From Longimicrobiales bacterium (GTDB lineage Bacteria; Gemmatimonadota; Gemmatimonadetes; Longimicrobiales; Gaopeijiaceae), in the NCBI GenBank assembly GCA_965203485.1, contig OZ241892.1, forward strand, positions 320,001 through 384,000: a stretch of 64,000 bases of DNA, given 5' to 3'. Position numbers and translations under genes: made by a program. The notes beneath the pieces are model-generated. The model searched no databases and had not been told where the DNA came from. It saw only the letters and a list, made by a program, of their open reading frames with translations. Of the stretch, positions 20,640 to 30,921 are shown piece by piece (the stretch's first letter is position 1; each line of letters starts with the position of its first letter).

Positions 20640-23600
20640 CTCCTTGAAGTGCGGACGACGCGCCCGGTCTCGTCCAGGACCAGCACGGGCGACCGGGCGA
20701 TGTCGTTCTTCATGTGCACAGCTTGGCCGCGCCGCACGGCGGCCATGGCGTCCGGCACCGCACCGGCCGTGAACGTCCAGGCGTCCGCCGCGGCCGCATT
20801 GACGGTGTAGCCCAGGTCGGCAAGCGATTCGAGCGTGACCGCGCTCAGAGGATTCGCGGCGTTGTAGTAGATGAAGGCGTTCATCAGTTCGTTGCCGAAC
20901 ACGCCTTGCCGCCAATGGACGTCGCTGGAGCCCGGGATGGCGCGATTGTCCACGGGCACCTTCGCACCTGCCGTGTACGCCGTGCCCCCAGCCGAATCGA
21001 ACGCCGCTCGTGCCCGCGCGCCGGTGAAGTGCGTGTCGGCGTGCGCGCCCGCCGACAGAGAAGGGTTGGCGATAAGGCCGTGCCACATATGGCTGCCGAT
21101 TCCCAGCACATGGCCGATTTCGTGCAAGGTCACGTCGTGCAGGACATCAGCCTGCACGCGATCCAGATCCGCGGAGTCGTAGTAGAAGTAGCCGAAGAGG
21201 GGCAACCCGGTGTCCTCCGGACGACGCACGGCGCACAAGTTGGCTTGAGCCAGCGTTCCGCCGGGCCCGTCGATGTCGCGAACGGTGACGAATGCGACCA
21301 AGTCGTCCAAGTCGGCGAAGACGCGAAAGCGTTGCAAGCAGGCGTCGAACACGAAATCGCTTCTCACCAGCTGGTTCGGGAGGTCGCTCGCGATCGCTTG
21401 CTCCCAGCGCGCGACGGCTTGGCCGAACGATGGGTTGGCGCTGATGCCCATTCCGGTGAAGTCGGCAATGTCTATGTCGTAGCCCGAATCGTCCGGTACG
21501 GCCAGCACGGTCGCCCAAAACGTCTGGGACGCGGTTGCGCCGTCGGCGTCGGATGCGCTGATCCGGATCCTGGCCGATCCCGTCGCCGCCGGATCGACGA
21601 CGATCGTGTCCCGCCGCACGGAAACCCGCGCGACCGTCTGATCGCTGGTTGCGCCCGAGAAGTCGAGCGCATCGCCCTCGGGATCGCTGAACAGGGAGTC
21701 GCCCGCAAGCGCAACCGACGTTCCGCCCACTTGGAGCAGCAGCGTGGGGACGGCCGCGTCCACGCTGGGCGGCTGGTTTACGACCGGCCTCTCGAACGCA
21801 GTCGCCGTGACTTGCACGGACGGGCCGTCGGCGGCGGTCGCGACGAGGCGCTGCTGGCCGAGCGGCTCGCCGAGTATCCAGCGTGTCTGCGCCCGCCCCT
21901 CGGCGCGGGTGCGGTCCGACCCGGGGAACGCCTGGCCGTGGCCGGGCGCCGCCGCGAACGAGACCCGGATGCCCGGGACCGGGCGGCGCGCCGCGTCGAG
22001 GACCACCACCACGACGGGGGCGGGGAGCGAGCCGCCGCGGGGGCCGCCCTGCCGGTCGCCGGACACCACTTCGACGGCGGCGACGGCTTGCTCGGGCGTG
22101 AGCGCGGTGGCGGCGGCGAGGGCGGAGGGGCCGTCGGCGCGGGCGACGGCGGCGGCGAGGGACTGTGGGCCGGGCTGGTCGCCGAGGGTCCAGGCGGTTC
22201 GGGCGATGCCGTCGGCGCCGGTGGCGGCGGAGTCGGGGTCGGCGGAGCCGTGGCCGTCGGCGGTCGCGAAGGCGACGCGGACGCCGGGGACGGGCAGGCC
22301 GGCGTCGTCGAGGACGCGGAAGGCGACGGACAGGGGGAGCGCGGTTCCTTGGCGAGCGCGTTGCTGGTTTCCGGAAGCGACTTCGACGGAGTCGGCGGTC
22401 TGCTCGGGCGTGAGCGCGGTGGCGGCGGCGAGGGCGGAGGGGCCGTCGGCGCGGGCGACGGCGGCGGCGAGGGACTGTGGGCCGGGCTGGTCGCCGAGGG
22501 TCCAGGCGGTTCGGGCGATGCCGTCGGCGCCGGTGGCGGCGGAGTCGGGGTCGGCGGAGCCGTGGCCGTCGGCGGTCGCGAAGGCGACGCGGGCGCCGGG
22601 GACGGGCAGGCCGGCGTCGTCGAGGACGCGGAAGGCGACGGGCAGGGGGAGCGCGGTTCCTTGGCGAGCGCGTTGCTGGTTTCCGGAAGCGACTTCGACG
22701 GAGTCGGCGGTCTGCTCGGGCGTGAGCGCGGTGGCGGCGGCGAGGGCGGAGGGGCCGTCGGCGCGGGCGACGGCGGCGGCGAGGGACTGTGGGCCGGGCT
22801 GGTCGCCGAGGGTCCAGGCGGTTCGGGCGATGCCGTCGGCGCCGGTGGCGGCGGAGTCGGGGTCGGCGGAGCCGTGGCCGTCGGCGGTCGCGAAGGCGAC
22901 GCGGGCGCCGGGGACGGGCAGGCCGGCGTCGTCGAGGACTCGGAAGGCGACGGGCAGGGGGAGCGCGGTTCCTTGGCGAGCGCGTTGCTGGTTTCCGGAA
23001 GCGACTTCGACGGAGTCGGCGGTCTGCTCGGGCGTGAGCGCGGTGGCGGCGGCGAGGGCGGAGGGGCCGTCGGCGCGGGCGACGGCGGCGGCGAGGGACT
23101 GTGGGCCGGGCTGGTCGCCGAGGGTCCAGGCGGTTCGGGCGATGCCGTCGGCGCCGGTGGCGGCGGAGTCGGGGTCGGCGGAGCCGTGGCCGTCGGCGGT
23201 CGCGAAGGCGACGCGGACGCCCTCGACCGGCGAGCCTCGGGCGTCGGCCACGCGCACGGCGACCGAATCGGGAAGCGTCGTGCCCTGGCGCGCCGACTGT
23301 CCGTCGCCCGACGCCACGTCCAGCGACGCGGCCACTTGCACGACCGCGACGGCCGCCGTGGCGGCCAAGCCCTGGAACGACGCCGTGAGAACCGCCGACC
23401 CGTTCCCGACGGCCGTGACCACGCCGCCCGCCGACACCGCGAAGACCGACGGGTCGCCGCTCGCCCACGCGGCCGAACCAGCAAAGGCCGCCCCGTACTG
23501 GTCCACGATCGTCGCGCGAAACACGGCCGTGTCGCCGATCGACGACAGGCTCGCCGTGGCGGGCTCGACGGCCAGCGACTCGGCGCGCGGAGGATCCGGC

Positions 23601-23851
23601 TCGGCGGCCCCGTCTCCGCACGACGCGAGGCCGGCCGGCGCCAGCGCCGCGGCCCAGCGGACACGGGCAAGCCGCCGGCGCCGCAAACAGCCGCATCGCG
23701 GAACTGAGCCCGCCATCGGTGAAGCCCGCCCGGCGCGGATGGCCCTTCCGCACCGAGACCAGCCGTTTCTGCTGCCGGGGGGCCGCCGTTGCTCGTGGAG
23801 CGCCTCCGTGCCGTCGTCGCCGTCGTCGCGGGTGCGGTTCGGCCGCGTCAT
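20636..23851 (-). CDS. Ig-like (Big) repeat lipoprotein with C-terminal leishmanolysin-like (M8) metalloprotease domain
   Basis: Lipobox LASC; 104-aa Ig-like repeats; LHEIGHVLGIG, HWRQGVFGNELM. Start at 23851 or 23716. Confidence 0.85.
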   Translation of the reverse strand: MTRPNRTRDDGDDGTEALHEQRRPPGSRNGWSRCGRAIRAGRASPMAGSVPRCGCLRRRRLARVRWAAALAPAGLASCGDGAAEPDPPRAESLAVEPATASLSSIGDTAVFRATIVDQYGAAFAGSAAWASGDPSVFAVSAGGVVTAVGNGSAVLTASFQGLAATAAVAVVQVAASLDVASGDGQSARQGTTLPDSVAVRVADARGSPVEGVRVAFATADGHGSADPDSAATGADGIARTAWTLGDQPGPQSLAAAVARADGPSALAAATALTPEQTADSVEVASGNQQRARQGTALPLPVAFRVLDDAGLPVPGARVAFATADGHGSADPDSAATGADGIARTAWTLGDQPGPQSLAAAVARADGPSALAAATALTPEQTADSVEVASGNQQRARQGTALPLPVAFRVLDDAGLPVPGARVAFATADGHGSADPDSAATGADGIARTAWTLGDQPGPQSLAAAVARADGPSALAAATALTPEQTADSVEVASGNQQRARQGTALPLSVAFRVLDDAGLPVPGVRVAFATADGHGSADPDSAATGADGIARTAWTLGDQPGPQSLAAAVARADGPSALAAATALTPEQAVAAVEVVSGDRQGGPRGGSLPAPVVVVVLDAARRPVPGIRVSFAAAPGHGQAFPGSDRTRAEGRAQTRWILGEPLGQQRLVATAADGPSVQVTATAFERPVVNQPPSVDAAVPTLLLQVGGTSVALAGDSLFSDPEGDALDFSGATSDQTVARVSVRRDTIVVDPAATGSARIRISASDADGATASQTFWATVLAVPDDSGYDIDIADFTGMGISANPSFGQAVARWEQAIASDLPNQLVRSDFVFDACLQRFRVFADLDDLVAFVTVRDIDGPGGTLAQANLCAVRRPEDTGLPLFGYFYYDSADLDRVQADVLHDVTLHEIGHVLGIGSHMWHGLIANPSLSAGAHADTHFTGARARAAFDSAGGTAYTAGAKVPVDNRAIPGSSDVHWRQGVFGNELMNAFIYYNAANPLSAVTLESLADLGYTVNAAAADAWTFTAGAVPDAMAAVRRGQAVHMKNDIARSPVLVLDETGRVVRTSRR
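22089..23220. repeat. About 3.6 near-identical tandem 312-bp repeats (104-aa Ig-like units)
   Basis: Units begin at ~22089, 22401, 22713 and 23025 and differ by only a few SNPs; the ORF track shows near-identical shadow ORFs every 312 bp. Confidence 0.95.
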
Positions 23852-26568
23852 TGCCGGACCAAGCGAACGATTCGGCCGGCGTCGTCCACGACCAAAATCG
23901 GCCCCGAAGCGATGTGGGCGCCCAGCGGGATCGCTTCGCCCCGGCGAATCGCCGCGGCCGCGTCGAAGGATCGGCCGGACCAAGTCCAGGAATCCGCTTG
24001 GCCGGCGTCCACGGGATACCCGAGGTCCGCAAGCGACTGGATTGTGACGGCGCTCAGCGGCTGCGCTCTGTTCGGGTAGAGGTAGGGACCCATCAACTCG
24101 CCACGAAACACAGAATCCCTCCAATGACTGTTTCTGCCTCCTCCCGCGCCGTTCTGCACAGGCACCTTGGCGCCGGCGTACGCCGTGCCTCCCGCGGCGT
24201 CGAAAGCGGCGCGCGCGGCCGGGCCGGTGAAGTGCGTGTCCGCGTTTGGATTGCTTTCGCTGGACGGATCGACCAAGAAGCCCTTGTAGGCCCACAGCGT
24301 CCCGATCCCCAGGACGTGGCCCAATTCGTGCAACGCCGTGGCATATAGGTCGTCGTGGTCGAGATCCGCCACGTCGAACTCCACCGAGCCAACCAGGGCC
24401 AGGCCGCCGTTGCTGCGTATCAGGCACGGCCCTGCGCGAGCCAGGACGTTCTGCGGCCCGTCGATGTCGCCGACGTAGACGAACACGGCCAAGTCGTCCA
24501 ACTCCGCAAAGACGGCAAAGCGTTGTCCGCAAGCGTCGTACGTCTGGTTCCACACGGCAACGTTCTGCAGATCCCTGGTTACGATCTGCTCCCACCGCCG
24601 ATTCGAGTCCAGCGCGACTTTCGGCAGGTTGCGAGCCGGACCCGAAAAGTCCAGAAAGTCGATGTCGTAGCCGGTGTTGTCCGGGGCCGGCAGCACGGCC
24701 ACCCAGAAGCTCTGCGACACGGCTTCTCCGCTGGGGTCGGAGGCCGACACGACGACCCGGACGGTGCCTCGAGACACAGGCCGAATTGCGATTTCGCTTC
24801 CTTGCACGGATGCGCGTGCGCGTGCCGGGTCGCTCGAGACCGCCGAGTAGCGAAGCACGTCGCCGTCCGCGTCGCTGAAGTGGGCGCTGCCCGCGAGTTC
24901 CACCGTCGCCGCCCCCGTCTGCAGAATCAGCGTCGGAATCTCTTCGCTGGCCACGGGCGGCGTGTTGACCGGCCGCCGAAGCGCGGTGGCCGTCGCATCG
25001 ACCGACGGGCCGCCGGCGACTGAAGCCGTCATGCGCTGCGTGCCCAGCGGTTCGCCGAGAGTCCAGGAGGTCTGAGCGCGGCCCTGGGCGTTGCTGGTAG
25101 CGGTGCGCGGGTCGGCGCGCCCGTGGCCCGAAGCCGTCGCGAAGGACACTTCGGCGTTCGCTGCCGGGTCGCCTGCGCTGTCGAGCAACTGGACCACCAC
25201 GGGCGCGGGAAGCGGCTCGCCCCGGATCGCGCGCTGTTGGTCGCCGGCCGCCACCGAAATGGTCGCCACGGTCTGTTCCGGCGTGAGGGCGGTGGCCGAG
25301 GCCGACGCGGATGGGCCGCCGGCAACGGCAACGGCCGCCGTCAGGCGTTGCGTGCCCGGGCGGTTGCCGAGCGTCCATGTGGTTTGGGCGCGGCCGTCCG
25401 CATCCGTGGTTGCGGTGTCGGGATCGGCGGCGCCGTCGCCTTGGGCCGGCGTGAATGCGACGCGGGCGCCCTCGACCGGTTCGCCGGCGTCGTCGAGCAC
25501 CAGCGCCGCGACGGGGTTCGCAAGCGCCCGCGCTTGCAGCCCGCTCTGCCGGTCGCCGGAGACGATTCGGAGCGCGGCGGCGACCTCTTCGGGAGCTAGC
25601 GCGGTCGCGGCAGCCTGGACCGAAGGGCCGTCGGCCACGACCACGGCGCCCGCGAGGCTTTGGGCGCCTGCGTGGTTGCCGAGCGTCCACATAGTCTGGG
25701 CACGCCCGTCGGCGTCCGTGGTTGCGGTGTCGGGATCGGCGGCGCCGTCGCCTTGGGCGGGCGTGAATGCGACGCGGGCGCCCTCGACCGGTTCGCCGGC
25801 GTCGTCGAGCACCAGCGCCACGACGGGGTTCGCAAGCGCCCGCCCTTGCAGCCCGCTCTGCCGGTCGCCGGAGACGATCCGCACGGAGTCCGCGGTCTCC
25901 TCCGGCGTCAAGGCGGTGGCGGCGACGCGGGCGGATGGCCGTCCGGCGCCTGCGACCGAGGCCGTGAGGCTCTGTGCGCCCGGACGGTCCCCGAGCGTCC
26001 ACGTGGTCCGGGCGCGGCCGCCGGAGTCCGTGGCCACGGAATCGGGATCGACCACCCCGTTCCCGGCGGCCGGAGCGAAGACCACCATCACGTCCTCGAC
26101 CGGAGTCCCTCCGGCGTCGGTCACCTCGACGACCACCGCTTCGGCCAGCGCGAGCCCCTGGCGCGCGGCCTGCCCGTCGCCCGACGCCACGTCCATCGCC
26201 GCCGGCTCCTGCGCCACCACGACGGCGGCCGTGGCACTCAGCCCGGCGAACGAGGCCGTCAGCGTTCCCTGTCCGTTCGCGACCGCCTTCACCACGCCGG
26301 CGCCCGTCGCCGTGAACACGGAAGGTCGGCTGGTCCGCCACTCGACCGCGCCCGCGAACGCGTCCCCGTACTGATCGGTGATGGTCGCCGTGAACACCGC
26401 CGTGTCGCCGATCGAAGCCAACGCGACCGACGACGGCGCGACCGCCAACGACATGGCCTCCGGCGCGGCGGGGCCGTCGTCGCAGGAACCCAGCGACATG
26501 GCCAGCAGAGGTGCCGCACAGCGCCGGGCGACCCGGCGGCGGCTCCCGATTCCACAGCAAGCGAGCAT
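23848..26568 (-). CDS. Paralogous Ig-like repeat lipoprotein with leishmanolysin-like (M8) domain
   Basis: Lipobox LGSC; four Ig-like units; LHELGHVLGIG, HWRDSVFRGELM. Confidence 0.87.
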   Translation of the reverse strand: MLACCGIGSRRRVARRCAAPLLAMSLGSCDDGPAAPEAMSLAVAPSSVALASIGDTAVFTATITDQYGDAFAGAVEWRTSRPSVFTATGAGVVKAVANGQGTLTASFAGLSATAAVVVAQEPAAMDVASGDGQAARQGLALAEAVVVEVTDAGGTPVEDVMVVFAPAAGNGVVDPDSVATDSGGRARTTWTLGDRPGAQSLTASVAGAGRPSARVAATALTPEETADSVRIVSGDRQSGLQGRALANPVVALVLDDAGEPVEGARVAFTPAQGDGAADPDTATTDADGRAQTMWTLGNHAGAQSLAGAVVVADGPSVQAAATALAPEEVAAALRIVSGDRQSGLQARALANPVAALVLDDAGEPVEGARVAFTPAQGDGAADPDTATTDADGRAQTTWTLGNRPGTQRLTAAVAVAGGPSASASATALTPEQTVATISVAAGDQQRAIRGEPLPAPVVVQLLDSAGDPAANAEVSFATASGHGRADPRTATSNAQGRAQTSWTLGEPLGTQRMTASVAGGPSVDATATALRRPVNTPPVASEEIPTLILQTGAATVELAGSAHFSDADGDVLRYSAVSSDPARARASVQGSEIAIRPVSRGTVRVVVSASDPSGEAVSQSFWVAVLPAPDNTGYDIDFLDFSGPARNLPKVALDSNRRWEQIVTRDLQNVAVWNQTYDACGQRFAVFAELDDLAVFVYVGDIDGPQNVLARAGPCLIRSNGGLALVGSVEFDVADLDHDDLYATALHELGHVLGIGTLWAYKGFLVDPSSESNPNADTHFTGPAARAAFDAAGGTAYAGAKVPVQNGAGGGRNSHWRDSVFRGELMGPYLYPNRAQPLSAVTIQSLADLGYPVDAGQADSWTWSGRSFDAAAAIRRGEAIPLGAHIASGPILVVDDAGRIVRLVRQ
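25360..25880. repeat. Two near-identical 312-bp-period units inside the second M8 gene
   Basis: Shadow ORFs at 25455 and 25767 begin identically; protein repeat RIVSGDRQSGLQ.RALANPV.ALVLDDAGEPVEGARVAFTPAQGDG. Bounds approximate. Confidence 0.85.
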
Positions 26569-26660
26569 TCCGATATCTTATCCGCTGGCCCGTCGGCACG
26601 CGAGACGGCCGGTTTGCTCGAAGCGCCTCGGCGGCGAGTGTGGCAAAGGAGGGCGCGGCA

Positions 26661-27401
26661 ATGCAGCTTGCGATATGGCTGGGTTGCGTCGCGGTGATCG
26701 CCCTGGCGTCGTGCGAGGACGATCCCCCGCCCGCGGCCCAAGAGTCCGTGGTGCTGGTTCACGGCCTCGGGCGCACCGAACGCTCCATGGCCGTGCTCGC
26801 CCAACGCCTTCGCTGGGCCGGCTACGACGTCACCGCGTTCGGCTACGATTCGCGCATGGCCCCTGTCGCGCGCCAAGCCGAAGCCCTTGCGGAGACCGTC
26901 GCCCACTGTTGCCGGGAAGCCGGCCGCTTGCACTTCGTCGGACACTCGCTCGGCGGCATCGTCATTCGGACCTTTCTTGCCGCCAGCCCGCCGGAGTCGC
27001 TCGGCCGGGTCGTCCTCCTGGTGCCGCCCAGCCGAGGCAGCGAGCTGGCCGACTGGCTGCGCGACGTTCCGGTGGCCTCGCACGCGCTGGGCCCCGCCGG
27101 CCGCGCCTTGGGCACGGGAGAGTCCGACGTTCCGGCCACGTTGCCGCCCCCGGCCTACGAAATGGGCATCGTGGCAGGCGACCGAAGCGTCAACCCAATC
27201 GGCTCCGTCTTCATAGAGGGCCCCGACGACGGCATGGTCGCGCTCGACCGAACACGCGTGGACGGCGCGCCCATGATCGTCTTGCCCCGGTCGCACGCCT
27301 TCATCATGAACAGCCGCCATGCCGCGCGGGCCGTGGTCCAGTTTCTCCGGACGGGGGCGTTCGAGACCACACCCGTGACCGCGCCGCCCGACGACCTGTG
27401 A
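26661..27401 (+). CDS. Alpha/beta hydrolase (lipase/esterase-like) lipoprotein
   Basis: Lipobox LASC; VLVHGL, GHSLG nucleophile elbow, DGMV, H. Confidence 0.88.
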   Translation: MQLAIWLGCVAVIALASCEDDPPPAAQESVVLVHGLGRTERSMAVLAQRLRWAGYDVTAFGYDSRMAPVARQAEALAETVAHCCREAGRLHFVGHSLGGIVIRTFLAASPPESLGRVVLLVPPSRGSELADWLRDVPVASHALGPAGRALGTGESDVPATLPPPAYEMGIVAGDRSVNPIGSVFIEGPDDGMVALDRTRVDGAPMIVLPRSHAFIMNSRHAARAVVQFLRTGAFETTPVTAPPDDL

Positions 27402-28054
27402 CCGCGGAGCGCCGCACGGTCCGGCTTCGTCCCATGACGCCGGAGGACTGGCCTTCGGTGGCCGCGATCTACGGCGAGGGCATCGCGACCGGCGACGCCA
27501 CGTTCGAGACGGAGGTTCCGGATTGGGCCGCATGGGACCGCGCGCGCCGCCGCGATTGCAGGATCGTGGCCGAGTTCGGCCGACTCGAAGCGCCGCAACC
27601 CAAGGCTTGGGCCACCAGAGGAGATTCGGGAGTGATGCCCGCTGCGGCGCCATCGAGCCGCGGTGCGGGAAAGGAGCCGGGAGCCGCGGGGCCGGAGAAG
27701 CGTCCAGCGCCCGGGTCGCCGCGAGTCCTCGTCGGCTTTGCGTGCCTGAGCCCGGTCTCGGAGCGGCCCGCGTACGCAGGGGTAGCGGAAGTCATGGTCT
27801 ACGTGACGGCTCTGTGCCGTAGACGGGGGATCGGCGGCAGCCTCCTTCGCGCTCTGGTTCGCGAGGCGGACGGCGCGGGCATATGGACGTTGCAGGCCCA
27901 CGTCTTCCCCGAGAACGAGGCGTCCGTCCGGCTGCACGAGCGCGCCGGCTTCCGCGTGGCGGGCGTTCGCGAGCGCATTGGCCGCGCTTCCGGCGGCCGT
28001 TGGCGGGACACGGTCCTTTTGGAGCGTCGCAGCGATGCGGTCGGCTCGGAGTGA
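27398..28054 (+). CDS. GNAT N-acetyltransferase (phosphinothricin acetyltransferase-like)
   Basis: IYGEGIATGDATFET, RRRGIGGSLL, ENEASVRLHERAGF; carries a ~45-aa low-complexity insert. Confidence 0.88.
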   Translation: MTAERRTVRLRPMTPEDWPSVAAIYGEGIATGDATFETEVPDWAAWDRARRRDCRIVAEFGRLEAPQPKAWATRGDSGVMPAAAPSSRGAGKEPGAAGPEKRPAPGSPRVLVGFACLSPVSERPAYAGVAEVMVYVTALCRRRGIGGSLLRALVREADGAGIWTLQAHVFPENEASVRLHERAGFRVAGVRERIGRASGGRWRDTVLLERRSDAVGSE

Positions 28055-28129
28055 AGTGACGCCTTGCGACGACAGTACTGGTGTCGGCTTGAGTTGGTTG
28101 CTTCGCTTCGACTGGGGCCATGGACTGGA

Positions 28130-30451
28130 CTGAAGTACAGCGTGCTCGTGCGTTGTCCCGCGGGCTACTTGCTGGCCGAGAACGCTGCCGGCCCGCTCGC
28201 CGTCGGCGCCGTCGCCGCCGCCGACGAGGACGAGGGCGACGTGCTGTCGTACAGCCTCGTCTCGGGCGGCGGCGGCCTGTTCGAGCTGGACGCTGCGAGC
28301 GGCGCCGTGCGCTACGTCGGCACCGGCGAGGACTACGAGACGGGTCCGCGCGAGCACGCGCTCGTCGTCGCCGCGACGGACAGGGGCGGCCTGGCGGCGA
28401 CGGCGAACGCGACCGTCGTCGTGACCGACGTCAACGAGGCGCCCGAAGCGACCGCGCAGATCGCGGTGGCGGCGCTCGACGCGCACGGCGCGGCCGTGCA
28501 GGAGACGCTGGACGCGTACTTCCGGGACCCGGACGGCGACGCGCTCGCGTACGCCGCCGAGTCGTCGGACACGGCGGTGGCGGCGGCGAGCGTTGCGGGC
28601 GGCGTGCTGACCATCCGGCCGTTCGCGATCGGCACGGCGAGCGTGACGGTGACGGCGACCGATCCCGGCGGGCTGGCCGCCGAGCAGACCGTCGCCGTCG
28701 TCGTCGAGGCGTCGCGCTCCGAGCGAGCGCGCGTGCTCGAGGGCGCGCTGGCCGCGTTCGGGCGCTCGCTCGGCGCCGAGGCCGTCGACGTGATCGGCGG
28801 CCGGCTCGGGCTCGAGTCGGCCGGCGGACTCGGACGCTCGCACCTCCAGCTCGGCGGGCGCTCGATCGCCTGCGGCGACGGAGCGGGTGCAGGCGACGGG
28901 TGCGGCTGGCGGGCGCTGGCGCGCACGGCGTCCGGCCTGCTCGGCGTCCAAGTCGCGTTGCCGAGCGCCGGCGGCCTGGGTGGCGCGCCGTCCGCCGACG
29001 CGCTCAATCCGGCCGCGTTGCTGTTCGGCGGCCCGGGCGCGGGAGCAGGCGGATTCGGCGGCCCGGTCGGCGGCGCCGCTACCGGACTCGGCGTTGCCGG
29101 CGACTACCGGGGCCAGCAGGAGCCGGCGGCGGCCGCGCCGGGCGGCGTGACGTTCAATCCGCTGTCGGGCGGCGACCTGCTCGAGCGCAGCTCGTTCCAG
29201 CTCTCGCTCGGCGGCGGCGCGGCCAGCGACTCGGGCGCGTTCGGCGCGCAGGACGCCGCCGGCCTGCGTCCCGGCTGGACCGTCTGGGGCCGCGCGGGCA
29301 TGGGCGGCTACGAGGGCCGCCCGGCCGACGGCCTGCGCTTCGACGGCGGGCGCGCGCGCTCGGCGCACCTCGGCGCCGACTACCGCTTCGCGTCCGGCCT
29401 GCTCGTCGGCGTCGCCGGCGCGCGCAGCAGCTTCGAGACCGAGTTCGAGAGCGCCGTCAACGGCGCGGGCTCCGTCGCCGCGAGCTTGACCAGCGTGCAT
29501 CCCTACGTGCACTGGTCGCCCACCGGCGGGCTCGGCCTCTGGGCCCTCGCAGGCGCAGGAACCGGCGACGCGACGCTCGAGGAGACGGCCGGCGGCCGGT
29601 TCGGCGCCGACATCGCGATGCTGATGGGCGCGCTCGGCGCGCGCCGCGAGCTGGCGGGCGGCATCGCGCTCAAGGCCGACGCGTTCTCCGTGCGCGTCCG
29701 CTCCGACGACGCGGCCGACCTGGCCGGCGTGACCGCGCGCGCGCACCGCAGTCCGGCTCGCGCCCGAAGTCGCGAAGACCTGGGCGCTCGGCGGCGAAGC
29801 GTCGCTGCGCACGCTGCTCGCGCTCGGCGCGCGCCTCGACGCCGGCGACGCCGAGACTGGGCTGGGCGCCGAGGCGGGCGGCGAGGCGTCGTTCGACCAC
29901 GCGCCCACCGGCCTGTCCGTCGCGATGCGCGGGCGCGCGCTGCTCGCGCACCAGGCCAGGGGCTGCGCGAATGGGGCGCCGGCGTCTCGCTCCGGCTCCA
30001 GCCCGGCGGCGGCGCCGAGACCGGCCTGTCGCTCTCCGTCGAGCCGGCATGGGGCGCCGCCACCGACGCCACCGGCGAACTCTGGCGCCAAGGCCCCGGC
30101 ACGCTCGAACCCGCTGTGCAGACAGCGCAAACGGCGCCGACGACTGCGCCGTCCGGCTGGGCGCCCGGGCGCATGGCCATGGAACTCGGCTGGGGCGTCG
30201 CGCTCGACAACGGCGCCACGATCACGCCCTTCGGACGCTGGAGCCAAGACGCCGGCGCCGGCCAGCGCTTCAACGCCGGCGCGCGCTTCTCGCTGCTCGG
30301 CCAGTCCGCCCAGTCCGGCACGGGCGCGCACTCGCCCGCCGCCGAGAGCCCGCGCTTCATCCTCCACCTCTACGGCGAGCACGCCTCTTCGCCGCTCGAA
30401 CCTCCGCAACGCCGCCTCGGCCTAGCAGGCGCCATCCAGCTCAAGCAGTAG
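28130..30451 (+). pseudogene. 5'-truncated cadherin-domain + autotransporter-like beta-barrel gene with two compensating frameshifts
   Basis: Cadherin motifs DYE, ATDRGG and VTDVNEAP; barrel-like WTVWGRAG, GADYRF, HPYVHW. Barrel-like sequence moves to another frame between ~29750 and ~29960. No signal peptide. Confidence 0.7.
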
Positions 30452-30574
30452 CGCCCGAGGACGACCGCTTTCCTTGGACGCTCCGGGGGGCCGGCGCGCA
30501 ACAACCGCTACGCCGGCCCCCTTCGGCGCGTTTCCCTTTACATGCCGACAAGTCCTCCTGTGTGACCGTTTAAG

Positions 30575-30750
30575 GTGACGGCCAACGCTTCAGCCCGTAC
30601 TTTGGCCGCAGTCCGCTGTCCCCAAGCCCCAATCCCACGGAGAACAGCCTCGTGCGCACGCGCAACGACGCTCATCGGCGCCTGCCAACCTCGCGTCCTC
30701 GCCCAACGGCCTTCCCCGTCCCTCCCCGTCGGCAATTCATACGCCGAAGA
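30575..30750 (+). repeat. Diverged copy of 39318-39495 (upstream region and 5' end of the BNR-repeat gene)
   Basis: Shared GTGACGGCCAA.GC.TC.GCCCGTA, ACGGAGAACA.CCTCGTGCGCACGCGCAACGACGCT and TCCTCGCCCAAC. Confidence 0.85.
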
Positions 30751-30921
30751 ACGACCGTGGACACGTCGCCAAGCACGGTCGTTGCGCCGCCGCCTGGCAA
30801 GTCGGGGCTCCTTGACACCTGCGGCGGCCGATCCCTCGCCCAGTTGCGTTCGCTCTTGCGTCCGCTCCTCCCGATCTTCGCCGACGGGTCGGCGGCGGCG
30901 TCCTGGGCGTGAGCTTGGGAC

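Noticed and set aside
20636..26599. Single 1987-aa ORF from the track
   Set aside because: Its first ~920 aa are an off-frame shadow of the 23848-26568 gene; the real protein starts at about 23851 or 23716.
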